DNA of 64,000 nt from Phenylobacterium sp. (GCF_020402745.1 NZ_JADBYZ010000024.1), one strand, 5' to 3'. Counted from the stretch's first letter, positions 27,606 through 36,729 are shown. Made by a program: numbers and translations. Notes: a model not told the origin generated them from the letters alone.

Positions 27606-28025
27606 TTAGGGCAGGGCGTAGAAGAGCAGGGCCACCGCGAGGTAGATGTAGGCGCCCCAGGTCGCCGCCACCCCCGCCGCTCGCATGGGCGAGGCCTCGC
27701 CGGACAGGGACAGCCCGATGGCGTGCGCCAGACGGCCGCCGAACAGAACCAGGCCCGCCGGATGGACCGCCAGCGCCGGGGCGCCCGCGAGGGTCAGGGC
27801 CGCCAGGCCGACGAGCCCCATGGGGATGTACTCGGTGGCGTTGCCGAAGGCGCGGATGGCGCAGGCCAGTTCTGGTACGCCGCCGTCGCCGAGGGCGACG
27901 CCATGGCGGCGGCGCTGCCTCACGACAAGCAGCGACAGGCCCAGAAGCAGAAGGAGGTGCAGAGCGCTCCAGAGGGCCAGGGCGTGGCCGGCGGGGATCA
28001 GGTCCATGGGCGTCGCCTCCGACAT
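27606..28025 (-). CDS. MAPEG-family membrane protein
   Basis: 139 aa with 3-4 TM helices. The loop VRQRRRHGVALGDGG...RAFGNATEYIP is typical of MAPEG proteins. Confidence 0.7.
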   Translation of the reverse strand: MSEATPMDLIPAGHALALWSALHLLLLLGLSLLVVRQRRRHGVALGDGGVPELACAIRAFGNATEYIPMGLVGLAALTLAGAPALAVHPAGLVLFGGRLAHAIGLSLSGEASPMRAAGVAATWGAYIYLAVALLFYALP

Positions 28026-28156
28026 CTGAGGATCGGATTGTCGCCTCTTCCCGCCTCCGCGTCCATGTCCGAAGCGCCGATCGCCTGGCCAGGCTGCACC
28101 CTTTGTCGCCGACCTGCCGTCTTGCGGAAGGGTCGGGCCGGGCTAGTTTAGGGGCA

Positions 28157-28411
28157 ATGAAGCAGATCGACCTTGATGATCTTCCTCCCCGGGTGGCCCA
28201 GATCCTTGCCGGCCTCGCCGCGGGAGAAGCCCTGCTGCTCGTCCAGAACGGCCTCATCATGGGCAGGCTGACCAGCGTCGGGGCCGAGCCTGTGGCCGGG
28301 GCGGACTCCGGCCCAGCGGAAGACTCCGTCAATGGATCGCCCCCCGCAGGAGAGGCCCGGGCGGCAGAGATCTTCGAGCATTTCCGCTCGCTCATGGAGG
28401 ACGACTTCTAG
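28157..28411 (+). CDS. Hypothetical small protein (84 aa)
   Basis: The sequence is MKQIDLDDLPPRVAQILAGLAAGEALLLVQNGLIMGRL...AEIFEHFRSLMEDDF. An AGGGG lies 4 nt upstream of the ATG, and codon third positions are G/C-rich. It fills the gap between the MAPEG gene and ggt. I recognise no family. Confidence 0.35.
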   Translation: MKQIDLDDLPPRVAQILAGLAAGEALLLVQNGLIMGRLTSVGAEPVAGADSGPAEDSVNGSPPAGEARAAEIFEHFRSLMEDDF

Positions 28412-28433
28412 GCGGGTCAGGCGCCCCGGGGTC

Positions 28434-30200
28434 CTACCAGGCCAGGGCGACGCCATCCTTGCGCATTTCCGTGGCGGCCGCGTAGCGTCCGGGCCAACGC
28501 TGGATCGCCTGATAGCCGCCGAAGCCGCCGTCGCTCTCGCCGATCCTCCAACCGAGGGTCGCCAGGGCCTCGCGGGTCGACGTCGGGATCCCGTTCTCCA
28601 GACGGAGCAGGCCGGAGCCGGGTCGGGCGGCCTCGCCGGTCGGTTCGGGAGAGCCTTCATGCCGCCAGCGGGGTGCATCGCCGGCCTCCTGAACGCCTAG
28701 ACCGAAGTCGATCATGTTCGACAGGACCTGGGTCTGGCCCTGAGGCTGCATGTCGCCCCCCATGACGCCAAAAGCCAGCCAGGGTGAGCCCTCGCGGACA
28801 GCGAAGCCCGGGATAATGGTCTGGAAGGGGCGCTTTCCCGGCGCATAGATGTTGGCATGACCATCCGCCAAGGCGAACATCTCCCCGCGGTTCTGGAGCA
28901 TGAAGCCGAGGCCGTCAGGCGTCAGGCCAGACCCCATCCCGCGATAGTTGGACTGGATCAGGGAGACCATCATGCCCTCCGAGTCCGCAGTGCAGAGGTA
29001 GGTGGTGTCCCCGCGGGAGGGGGCCTGTCCTGGCCGCAGGCCGCTCAATATGGCGTCGGACCGGATCATCCTCGCCCTCTGGGCCGAGTACTCGCGGGAC
29101 AGGAGCCAGTCTGTCGGTATCCGGGCGAAGTCAGGGTCGGCGAAGTATCGGGCCCGGTCCTCAAAGGCCAATCGCTTGGCCTCCACCCCGTGGTGGATCG
29201 CAGCGGCGGACTGGAAACCCATTCCGGAAAGATCAAAGGTCTCGAGGATGTTCAGCATCTGCAGGGTCGCCAGCCCCTGGCTGTTGGGCGCAAGGCCGAA
29301 GACCTCAACCCCGCGATAGAGGGTCCTCAGGGGTGGGTCCCAGCGGGCCCGGTGCGCCGCCAGGTCCGCCCGCGTCATCCAGCCGCCGATCCGGGCGAAG
29401 TACTTCTCGATCCGCTCGGCGATCTCGCCGTCATAAAAGGCGTCGCGTCCGCCCTCCCCGATCAGGTCATAGGTCCGGGCGAGATCCGGATTGGAGAACA
29501 CCTCGCCTTCCGCCGGGGTGCGTCCCTCCCTCGCCCAGGTCCTGAGGAAGTTCTCGACCTCCTCGATGCCGAGTTCCGGTCTTGTGAAGCTGCGAAGGGA
29601 TCGCGCCAGATAGTAAGCGACGTTCTGGCTGACCGGGGCGCCCTCGCGGGCCAGAGCGGCGGCGGGCGCCAGGAGCTCCTTCCACGGCAGCTTTCCGTAG
29701 CGCTGGTGGAGGGTCCACCAGGCGTCCACCGCCCCAGGTACGCTGACCGAGATGGCGCCAAAGGAGGGTATCAACCCCCGCACCGCTCTTTGACGTACGG
29801 TCTCAAGGCTGAGTGCCCGCGGGCTTCGGCCGGAACCGTTCAGGCCCTCCACTCGACCTGTTGCGGGATCCCAGAGCATGGCGAAGGCGTCGCCGCCGAT
29901 CCCGCAGGCAATAGGCTCCACAAAGCCCAAAACGGCGTTCGCGGCGATCGCCGCATCGACGGCCGAACCCCCTTTCCGGAGAATATCGATCGCTGTCTGG
30001 GTGGCCAGGGGATGGGCGGTCGCCGCCGCGCCCTGTACGCCCCAGGCGGCGCTCCGGCTGGCGAAGGTGGCGCCGTCGATCCGGTCTCCCGGGCCGATGT
30101 CGGGCCGGTTCCGGTTGGGGTTGGCCTCACGGCTCTGGGCCACGGCCCCGCCGGCTGCCGCGAGGGCGGGAAGGGTGGCGAGGAAGGTGCGTCGCAGCAT
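28434..30200 (-). CDS. ggt: Gamma-glutamyltransferase
   Basis: 588 aa. It has the signal peptide MLRRTFLATLPALAAAGGAVA. The autoprocessing/nucleophile Thr sits in SRGDTTYLCTAD, and GVMGGDMQPQG is present. Confidence 0.92.
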   Translation of the reverse strand: MLRRTFLATLPALAAAGGAVAQSREANPNRNRPDIGPGDRIDGATFASRSAAWGVQGAAATAHPLATQTAIDILRKGGSAVDAAIAANAVLGFVEPIACGIGGDAFAMLWDPATGRVEGLNGSGRSPRALSLETVRQRAVRGLIPSFGAISVSVPGAVDAWWTLHQRYGKLPWKELLAPAAALAREGAPVSQNVAYYLARSLRSFTRPELGIEEVENFLRTWAREGRTPAEGEVFSNPDLARTYDLIGEGGRDAFYDGEIAERIEKYFARIGGWMTRADLAAHRARWDPPLRTLYRGVEVFGLAPNSQGLATLQMLNILETFDLSGMGFQSAAAIHHGVEAKRLAFEDRARYFADPDFARIPTDWLLSREYSAQRARMIRSDAILSGLRPGQAPSRGDTTYLCTADSEGMMVSLIQSNYRGMGSGLTPDGLGFMLQNRGEMFALADGHANIYAPGKRPFQTIIPGFAVREGSPWLAFGVMGGDMQPQGQTQVLSNMIDFGLGVQEAGDAPRWRHEGSPEPTGEAARPGSGLLRLENGIPTSTREALATLGWRIGESDGGFGGYQAIQRWPGRYAAATEMRKDGVALAW

Positions 30201-30256
30201 GGGCCGGGCTCCGGGTCTGTGCGCCGGAGGGGCGACCCGGCGTCGTTGCCCGACGA

Positions 30257-31663
30257 CTACCGCGGCTCGAGGGTCAGCGCCAGAAAGCTGAGGGCGTCCT
30301 CAATGGGAATGAAGAAGTTCAGGCCCTGGATGCGGTCGGTGGGTTCCGAGGCATAGCGGGAGACCGTCATGGCCACGACCCGGCCGGACTCATCGAGGAG
30401 GGGCCCGCCGCTGTTGCCGGGGTTCACCGCGGCATCGCTCTGTATGAAGCGGTATCCGGCCAGGGTCCGGCTGGCCGAGATCACGCCTCGGGTCAGGGTG
30501 CCCTGAAGCCGCGTCTCCATGGGGGTTCCCAGGGCGAAGACCGTCTCCCCCTGCCGGACAGGTTCGCTCCGCAGCCGCAGGACAGGCCCCGGCCGGGGGT
30601 CGGTTCGGATCAGCGCCACGTCACGGCCCGCGTCCGAGCGGATGACCTCGCCGATGCTCTCCGAGCCGTCGGACCAGCGCAGCTTCAGGAGGCGGGTTGA
30701 GCCCACCACGTGCCGGTTCGTCAGCAGATACCCCTGGTCTGAGACGAGGAAGGCGGTGCCCAGGCTGGCGCCGGTCATCACCGCCGCCACCGCCCGGTGC
30801 GCATCGGGCACGCTCGCCGGCGTCCTGCCCGGCGCGAGCCGCAAGGCTTCGCCAGGCTGGGGCTCCACAAGGCCAGAGGCCGCGCGGATGGGAGTCGTGA
30901 CCGCCTTGCGGAAGCCGTCGTCGGCGGCGAGGGCGCGCAGGCTGTCCCGCAACAAGGCCTGGTAGATCGCCTCAGGGGCGTTGATCACCGGGGTGGCGGT
31001 CTCGACCCTGACGGTCGTGCGGATCCGGGCGATGGTCCGGGACAGGGCGGGGACGTGGATCTGCCACTCCACGGTCATCTGCCCCACCCCGGTGCCGATG
31101 GCTGTCTCCAAATCCAGCTTCTGCTCGCCCGGCCTGAAGCCGCCGCAGGCCGAGAAGCTGTAATCGGTGATCAGGGCGCCGACCTGGAGGTCGCCCGCCG
31201 GGGCCTCGGCGTCCCGGAAGAGGTCTGTGGGATCCCCCGCCACCCGGAAGCCGAGCCTGGTCAGGGTTTCGTGGAAGATCCGGTCATCCACCTCGGTCTT
31301 CTCGAACGCGTCATTGGCCTCGTCCCAGGTCACGAGGCTGTCCGGCGCACATTTCCGCCCCCAAAGCACGAGGGCGTAGGGCGAGCCGTGTCGGATCGAC
31401 GAGGAGAATCGGGCGAGGCCCAGGGTCTGGCTGGGCCTGTCCGCTTCCAGGGGCCGGTCGATGACAGTCGCCGGCGGCGGCTTGGAGAAGACTGACAGCT
31501 CGGGCGGCTCGGAGGCCGCGGCGGCCCCTGAAAGGCCGAGGGTCAAGGCCCCGATGAGGGCGGCAAGCCAGGGCGGGCGCGCGAGAGAAAAGGCCGTCAG
31601 AGAGGAGGCCGCTGGAATGCGCCGCCCCCAGCGCAGGTCCGGTTCAGGGAGGAGGTGGGTCAC
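30257..31663 (-). CDS. Secreted trypsin-like (S1C) serine protease with a large N-terminal domain of unknown function
   Basis: 468 aa. The catalytic triad context is LLTNRHVV (His), RDVALIR (Asp) and NPGNSGGPLLD (Ser). It has an N-terminal hydrophobic signal/anchor. I saw no PDZ domain. Confidence 0.8.
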   Translation of the reverse strand: MTHLLPEPDLRWGRRIPAASSLTAFSLARPPWLAALIGALTLGLSGAAAASEPPELSVFSKPPPATVIDRPLEADRPSQTLGLARFSSSIRHGSPYALVLWGRKCAPDSLVTWDEANDAFEKTEVDDRIFHETLTRLGFRVAGDPTDLFRDAEAPAGDLQVGALITDYSFSACGGFRPGEQKLDLETAIGTGVGQMTVEWQIHVPALSRTIARIRTTVRVETATPVINAPEAIYQALLRDSLRALAADDGFRKAVTTPIRAASGLVEPQPGEALRLAPGRTPASVPDAHRAVAAVMTGASLGTAFLVSDQGYLLTNRHVVGSTRLLKLRWSDGSESIGEVIRSDAGRDVALIRTDPRPGPVLRLRSEPVRQGETVFALGTPMETRLQGTLTRGVISASRTLAGYRFIQSDAAVNPGNSGGPLLDESGRVVAMTVSRYASEPTDRIQGLNFFIPIEDALSFLALTLEPR

Positions 31664-31706
31664 GGGAGCGGATCCTTCCGGTTGTTCCTTTTATGTTCAC
31701 ACTGGA

Positions 31707-32372
31707 TCAGCCAGGCGGAAATGTCCAGACCGCGGTCCGCTTTACTTCCATGTCCTCGAGTTCGCGGGTTGTGGGCACCTGGTACTCCGCAAGGCGGACC
31801 AGGCCCTCGCGGGGGAAGTAGGATCGCCCCGGATCGCCGATCAGGACCTGGGCGCCCCGGCGGGCGCCCGCCTCCAGCCAGGCCATCACCCGGGTCGCCA
31901 GGGGTTTCTCGTAGCAGATGTCCCCAGCCAGGATGACGTCGGCCTCGGGCGGAGGCTGATCGAGCAGGTCCTGGTCGGTGAAGTCGGCGGTCACGCCGTT
32001 GGCCTCGGCGTTCAGGGCCAGGGCGGCGCCGCAGAAACCGTCGATGTCCGCTGCAAGTACGCTGCTCGCCCCCGCCCGGGCCGCCGCCACGGCGACGATC
32101 CCCGACCCGGAGGCGAAGTCGATCACCCTCTGGCCGGCGACGGTCTGAGGCGCATCGAGGATGTAGCGGGCCAGGGCCTGTCCCCCCGCCCAGGCGAAGG
32201 CCCAGAAGGGCGGCGGCAGGCCGATCTCCTCCAGGGCTTCCTCCGTCATGCGCCAGATCGGCGTGATCTCGTCGGCCAGGTGGAGCGACAGCTCGGGGGT
32301 GTGGGGCGGGCTCTGGAGGCGGGTGTTCGCCAGGATGAAGGCGCGGCGGCTCGCGGGATCGGCGCCGATCAT
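31707..32372 (-). CDS. Class I SAM-dependent methyltransferase (small, PrmA/Methyltransf_16-like)
   Basis: 221 aa from ATG 32372 (MIGADPASRRAFILANT...). It has motif I VIDFASGSGIVAVAAARAGA and post-I LAADID. The ATGA overlaps the desaturase stop. Confidence 0.75.
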   Translation of the reverse strand: MIGADPASRRAFILANTRLQSPPHTPELSLHLADEITPIWRMTEEALEEIGLPPPFWAFAWAGGQALARYILDAPQTVAGQRVIDFASGSGIVAVAAARAGASSVLAADIDGFCGAALALNAEANGVTADFTDQDLLDQPPPEADVILAGDICYEKPLATRVMAWLEAGARRGAQVLIGDPGRSYFPREGLVRLAEYQVPTTRELEDMEVKRTAVWTFPPG

Positions 32373-33322
32373 CCGGCGGCCGCGGCGGGCGTCTCCGGGC
32401 GTGAGGTGGCGCGGGCCAGGACGAAGCGGTAGCCGCCCGGCTCGTGGAGCATGGCGTCCAGCACCCCCTTCCCTGCCAGCAGGCGGTGGGCCCGGGGCAG
32501 GTTGTAGCAGGGCAGGTGCATGAACATGTGGTGCTCGCAATGGTAGTTCACCCAGTAGGGGGCGAGCACGGCGCGGGCCAGCCAGCCGGCATGGGTGGTG
32601 CGCGCCTGTCGCAGGGGGTTGGGTTCTCCCCGGGCGATGCAGGCGTGCTCGGCGATGTTGCGAAGCCGGGTGATGACCGGGAACCATGTGGCCTGGGGCA
32701 GGACCCAGAAGACCGGCCAGGCCCACCAGACGCCGAACGCGCCGCCCACCAGGGTGATGACCACGCCGCCCAGCAGCCAGCGGCGCTTGCGGCGCACCTC
32801 TTCGACCAGGATTGGCAGAACCGGCTGGCCCGGCGCGCGGTCCTTCAGCCGGCGGACCAGATCGCCGAACCTCTGCTTGAAGAAGGTCCGCCCGGTCAGG
32901 TCGCGCAGCATCTTCCGCCGCAGAGAGGTGCGGGTGATGGGGAAGGGCGCTGACAGGCCGATGTCCGGGTCCTCGTCCTGCTGGGCGTACTTGTGGTGGC
33001 CCAGATGGTAGGCCCGGTAACGGGCCAAGCCCCCGCCGGTCAGCCACTCGCCGGCAAGGTCGTTGATCCTCGGATTGGGATGCAGGGCCCCGTGGGCCGC
33101 GTCATGCATCAGTATGGACAGGCCCAATTGCCGGCCGCCGATGATCATCACCGCGAGGGGAAGGGTCAGAGGCCAGATCACCGCCATGGCCGCCGCAGCG
33201 AAGATCACCCCCCAGGCGTGCGCCAGCAGGGCCAGACCCTTCCAGCGGGAACGTCGGGCGAGGGTCGCCCATTCCGCGGGGCTGAAATAGGCCTTGGGAT
33301 CGACGCGGGCGGCGGCGGGCAT
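32369..33322 (-). CDS. Membrane fatty acid desaturase family protein
   Basis: 317 aa. It has the three His boxes HDAAHG, HLGHHKY and EHHMFMH, plus TM helices. Confidence 0.85.
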   Translation of the reverse strand: MPAAARVDPKAYFSPAEWATLARRSRWKGLALLAHAWGVIFAAAAMAVIWPLTLPLAVMIIGGRQLGLSILMHDAAHGALHPNPRINDLAGEWLTGGGLARYRAYHLGHHKYAQQDEDPDIGLSAPFPITRTSLRRKMLRDLTGRTFFKQRFGDLVRRLKDRAPGQPVLPILVEEVRRKRRWLLGGVVITLVGGAFGVWWAWPVFWVLPQATWFPVITRLRNIAEHACIARGEPNPLRQARTTHAGWLARAVLAPYWVNYHCEHHMFMHLPCYNLPRAHRLLAGKGVLDAMLHEPGGYRFVLARATSRPETPAAAAG

Positions 33323-33338
33323 GGATCGCCGGTCCGGG

Positions 33339-34013
33339 TCAGCTGGTGATCGGCTTCAGGACGATCTCGACCCGGCGGTTCTTGGCCCGACCGTCCGGCG
33401 TCGCATTATCTGCGAGGGGCGCCGTCGAGCCCTTTCCGGCCACGGCCAGCCGCTCGCGCATCACGCCGCCCGCAGTGACGAGGTACTCGGCGACCGACCC
33501 GGCCCGTCGCTCGGAAAGGCCTTGATTGTAGTCGGCGGCGCCGGTGGAGTCCGCATGACCGACAACATCGACGGTGGTCTGCGGGTACTTGTTCAGGGTG
33601 CCGGCCACGTCGTTGAGCACGGTGTAGAACTGCGGCTTGATCTCGTAACGGTTGGTGTCGAAGGTCACATCGCCGGGCATCTGGAGAACGATATTGTCGC
33701 CCTGGCGCTCGACGTTGACGCCCGTGCCGGCCAGCTCGCGACGCAGCTCCGCCTGCTGCTTGTCCATGTAATTGCCGACTGCGGATCCGGCGAGGGCGCC
33801 GAGGCCCGCGCCGATCAGGGCGTTCCTGCGGCCCTGGTCGCTGTTGTTGGTGTTGGTCAGGTAGCCGAGGGCGGCGCCGGCCAGGGCGCCGGTCAGGGCC
33901 CCGGTCTTGGTGTTGCTGCGCACGGTCTCGCCCGTAGTGGCGTCGATGGTGGTGCAGGCGGTGAGGGCGGCGGCGCCGAGGAGGCAGGCTGCGAACGCGA
34001 GGACCTTGCGCAT
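33339..34013 (-). CDS. OmpA-family lipoprotein with glycine-zipper region
   Basis: It has a lipobox (LGAAALTAC), the glycine zippers GALTGALAGAALG and IGAGLGALAGSAVG, and the OmpA-C motif VVGHADSTGAADYNQGLSERRA. Confidence 0.9.
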   Translation of the reverse strand: MRKVLAFAACLLGAAALTACTTIDATTGETVRSNTKTGALTGALAGAALGYLTNTNNSDQGRRNALIGAGLGALAGSAVGNYMDKQQAELRRELAGTGVNVERQGDNIVLQMPGDVTFDTNRYEIKPQFYTVLNDVAGTLNKYPQTTVDVVGHADSTGAADYNQGLSERRAGSVAEYLVTAGGVMRERLAVAGKGSTAPLADNATPDGRAKNRRVEIVLKPITS

Positions 34014-34093
34014 GGTTTCTTTCCTGCTGTGAAGGCTTTCAGGGCTGTGGGTACGCCGGATGCGATCTTCCTTACAGACATTTGAGGCCGGAA

Positions 34094-35446
34094 TCAGGCC
34101 CCGGTCCTCACGACGAGGGTTTCCAGCCCCCGGAAGAAAGGAAGCTTGCGCCAGGAGGGCTCCGCAGTTGGATCCGCCAGGGCGAGGTCCGGATAGCGGG
34201 CGAAAAGGCGCGGCAGGGCGACCTGGGCCTCCAGTCGGGCCAGGGGCGCGCCGATGCAGATATGGGCCCCTCCGCCGAAGGACATGTGGGGGACCTTTTT
34301 CCGGGTGATGTCAAACTCGTCGGGGTTCTCGAAGGCCTCCGGGTCGCGGTTGGCGCCTCTCAGGAGCAGGTTGACGCTTCGGGTCTTCGCGACCGGGCAG
34401 CCGCTGATCTCGAGATCCCGGGAGGCGACCCGCGAGGTGGCGTCGACGGGGGGGTCGAAACGCAGCACTTCTTCCACCAGGGCGGCGGCGAGGCCTGGGT
34501 CGGCCATCATCTTGGCCTTCTCCGAGGGGTTCAGCATCAGAAGCCGCGCGCCATTCCCGATCAGATCGGTAGTGGTCAGATTCCCGCCCACCAGCAGGGC
34601 TGTGAGGTTGATGCGCAGCTCGGTATCGCTGATCGGCGCTCCCTCGCCTTGAAGGCGGACCATGTCTGAGATCAGGTCGTCGCGGGGATGGGCGCGCCGG
34701 TCGGCGAGGGCCTCGGTGAAGTAGGCGGTGAGGGCGAGGCTGGACCGCTCCATATGGGTGGTCTGGTCGGCGTTCCGGAACGGGTTCAGGCCCTGGATCA
34801 AGCCCTCGGACCAGTCCCGGAAAGCCTCGAGCTGGTCATGGGGAACGCCCAGGATGGAGGCGATCACGTCGATCGGGATCGGCACGCAGAACAGGTCCAT
34901 CAGGTCGACTTCGGCCTGGGTCCCGATCCGGTCCAGGGCCTCATCGACGATCCGCTCGACCTCGGGCCGGAAGCGGGCCACCCGGGCGTAAAGGGCGCGT
35001 GAGAGGGGGCCTCGGATGCGGGCGTGGTCCGGGTCGTCCAGGGTCAGGATGGAAGAGGTCTCGCTGCGCGGCAGGCTCGGGTCCGGCGGATCGAAGCGCT
35101 GCAGCCGCCGGCTCTCCGGGTCGGCGCGCAGCGGGTCGCGCCATAGGGGGACCGTTGCAATATTCGGAACACGGCGGAACGGATCGGATTCACAAGCTGA
35201 ACGTAACGGACTCAGATCGGGAATATCGTTCTCGTTTTACCCCATTTCGCAACAGTCCCATAGGGTCAGGTCGGTGGCGAGGCCGCGGACGTCGGAATAG
35301 CGGGATACGAGGGTCGCCCCGCTGAAGGCGTCGTGGTGGACGGGGCAGGCGCTGCGCAGCTTCGAAAGGACCGTCGCCGGGTCGCGGCGGTAGTCCTCAT
35401 CGAGCGGCGTCAGCTGCAGGATCGTCGGAAGGGCGTCGTCGGCCAT
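34094..35446 (-). pseudogene. Cytochrome P450 gene interrupted by a 117-bp in-frame insertion carrying a TAA stop
   Basis: The N-terminal 69 codons (35237-35446) and the C-terminal part are in the same frame. The C-terminal part has the heme loop FGGGAHICIGAPLA and an ExxR region. The only block is a TAA at 35237-35239, inside the insertion. Removing the insert and one repeat copy restores ...DLTLWRDPLRADP... and an ORF of about 411 aa. Confidence 0.8.
35141..35265. mobile_element. MITE-like 109-bp insertion (35149-35257) flanked by an 8-bp direct duplication CCATAGGG
   Basis: CCATAGGG occurs at 35141-35148 and again at 35258-35265. The imperfect terminal inverted repeats are GACCGTTGCAATAT (left) and the reverse complement of the right end, GACTGTTGCGAAAT (11 of 14 identical). 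The insert is visibly less GC-rich than its surroundings and has no coding capacity. Confidence 0.65.
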
Positions 35447-35495
35447 GTCATCCTCCCTGGCGTTGGCTTCAGACTATCGGGTCCCGCTGGCCGCT

Positions 35496-36452
35496 CTACA
35501 AGCCCCCGCCGCCCCAAAGTCCCTGGCCGAACTGACCGGCGGCCAGGGCCGCGAACAGGATCAGGCCGGCAACGGCGTTGGAACGGAAGAGGTCGAGGGC
35601 GCCGGCGGGGTCGTCGAGGTCCAGCCGGGCGGCCTGACGGGAGAGGTGCAGGCCGTAGCCGGCGGCGAGCGGCAGGAAGAGGGGGCCCAGGCGGGCGGCG
35701 AAGGCGCAGGCGAGGACGAGGGTGAAGGCCAGAACATAGAAGCCCAGCACCGCCCTCGGCGCCAATCGCCCGAGCCTGCGGGCCGAAGACCGGATGCCGG
35801 CCAGGGCGTCGTCCTCCATGTCCTGGACGGCGTAGATGGTGTCGTAGCCAAGGGTCCAGAACAGCCCGGCCGCATACAGCAGGTAGGCCGGCGTCTCCAG
35901 CTGGCCGGCCGCGGCGGCAAAGCCCAGCAGGACGCCCCAGTTGAAGGTCAGGCCCAGCCAGGCCTGGGGCCACCATGTGATCCGCTTCATGAAGGGATAG
36001 GCTGCGACCAGCAGCAGGGAGGCGATCCCCAGGCCAATGGCCAGGGGCGGCAGGGTGAAGAGGATCAAGGCCGCCGCCAGGCTGCAGGCGACAACGAAGG
36101 TCCAGGCCTGCCGCACGGAAATCCGCCCTGAGGCGACGGGCCGGCCCGCCGTGCGGGCGACCTTGGCGTCCAGGTCCCGGTCTACGATGTCGTTGTAGGC
36201 GCAGCCCGCCGCCCGCATGAGGGCGGCTCCCACAAAGATCTTGGCCAGCAGGAGCAGGTCCGGCCAGCGGCCCGCCATGGAGGCGGCCAGGGCTGCGCCC
36301 TGCCAGCCCGGCAGCATAAGCAACCAGATTCCCGCAGGCCGGTCGAACCTTCCCAGCTTCAGCCAGGGTCGCATGCGGTCTGGGGCGTACCGGTCCACCC
36401 AATTGTCGGGCCGGGCGTCGGGCAGGATGTCGGTCGGGCGCACGTCGGGCAT
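35496..36452 (-). CDS. ubiA: 4-hydroxybenzoate polyprenyltransferase
   Basis: 318 aa multi-pass membrane protein. It has the UbiA motifs NDIVDRDLD and YDTIYAVQDMEDD. Confidence 0.9.
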   Translation of the reverse strand: MPDVRPTDILPDARPDNWVDRYAPDRMRPWLKLGRFDRPAGIWLLMLPGWQGAALAASMAGRWPDLLLLAKIFVGAALMRAAGCAYNDIVDRDLDAKVARTAGRPVASGRISVRQAWTFVVACSLAAALILFTLPPLAIGLGIASLLLVAAYPFMKRITWWPQAWLGLTFNWGVLLGFAAAAGQLETPAYLLYAAGLFWTLGYDTIYAVQDMEDDALAGIRSSARRLGRLAPRAVLGFYVLAFTLVLACAFAARLGPLFLPLAAGYGLHLSRQAARLDLDDPAGALDLFRSNAVAGLILFAALAAGQFGQGLWGGGGL

Positions 36453-36729
36453 GGCCGGGTTCTACCAGACTGTGGCGTGGCTGCATCAGTCCAAAAGGAC
36501 CCTGAGGCGGGTGGTTGACCCCGAGCTTACGCAAGGGCAAACCCACCCTGTTCCCAGCTGCAGGAAAGGAGGGGCCGAATGACGGAATCTGTCGCCAACC
36601 CCCTCCGCAAACCGGAGCGTCAGGGGCGCTGAGCCCCCGAGAGCCCCCGGTTCGCCGGCGATCCCCGCCGGACCCCTTCCTTGATCCTGTCGCGCCCGTG
36701 CGCGGCCTCGACCTGACCCTGCTGCAGAC

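Noticed and set aside
26221-28395. 724-aa form of the PmbA ORF. Similar long N-terminal extensions occur in the ORFs 20241-21863, 31707-33047, 2880-4307, 12976-14370, 46672-48024, 47762-49693 and 53337-54959.
   Set aside because: The extensions overlap neighbouring well-supported genes or consist of Arg/Pro-rich low-complexity sequence. Internal starts give canonical N-termini and normal protein lengths.
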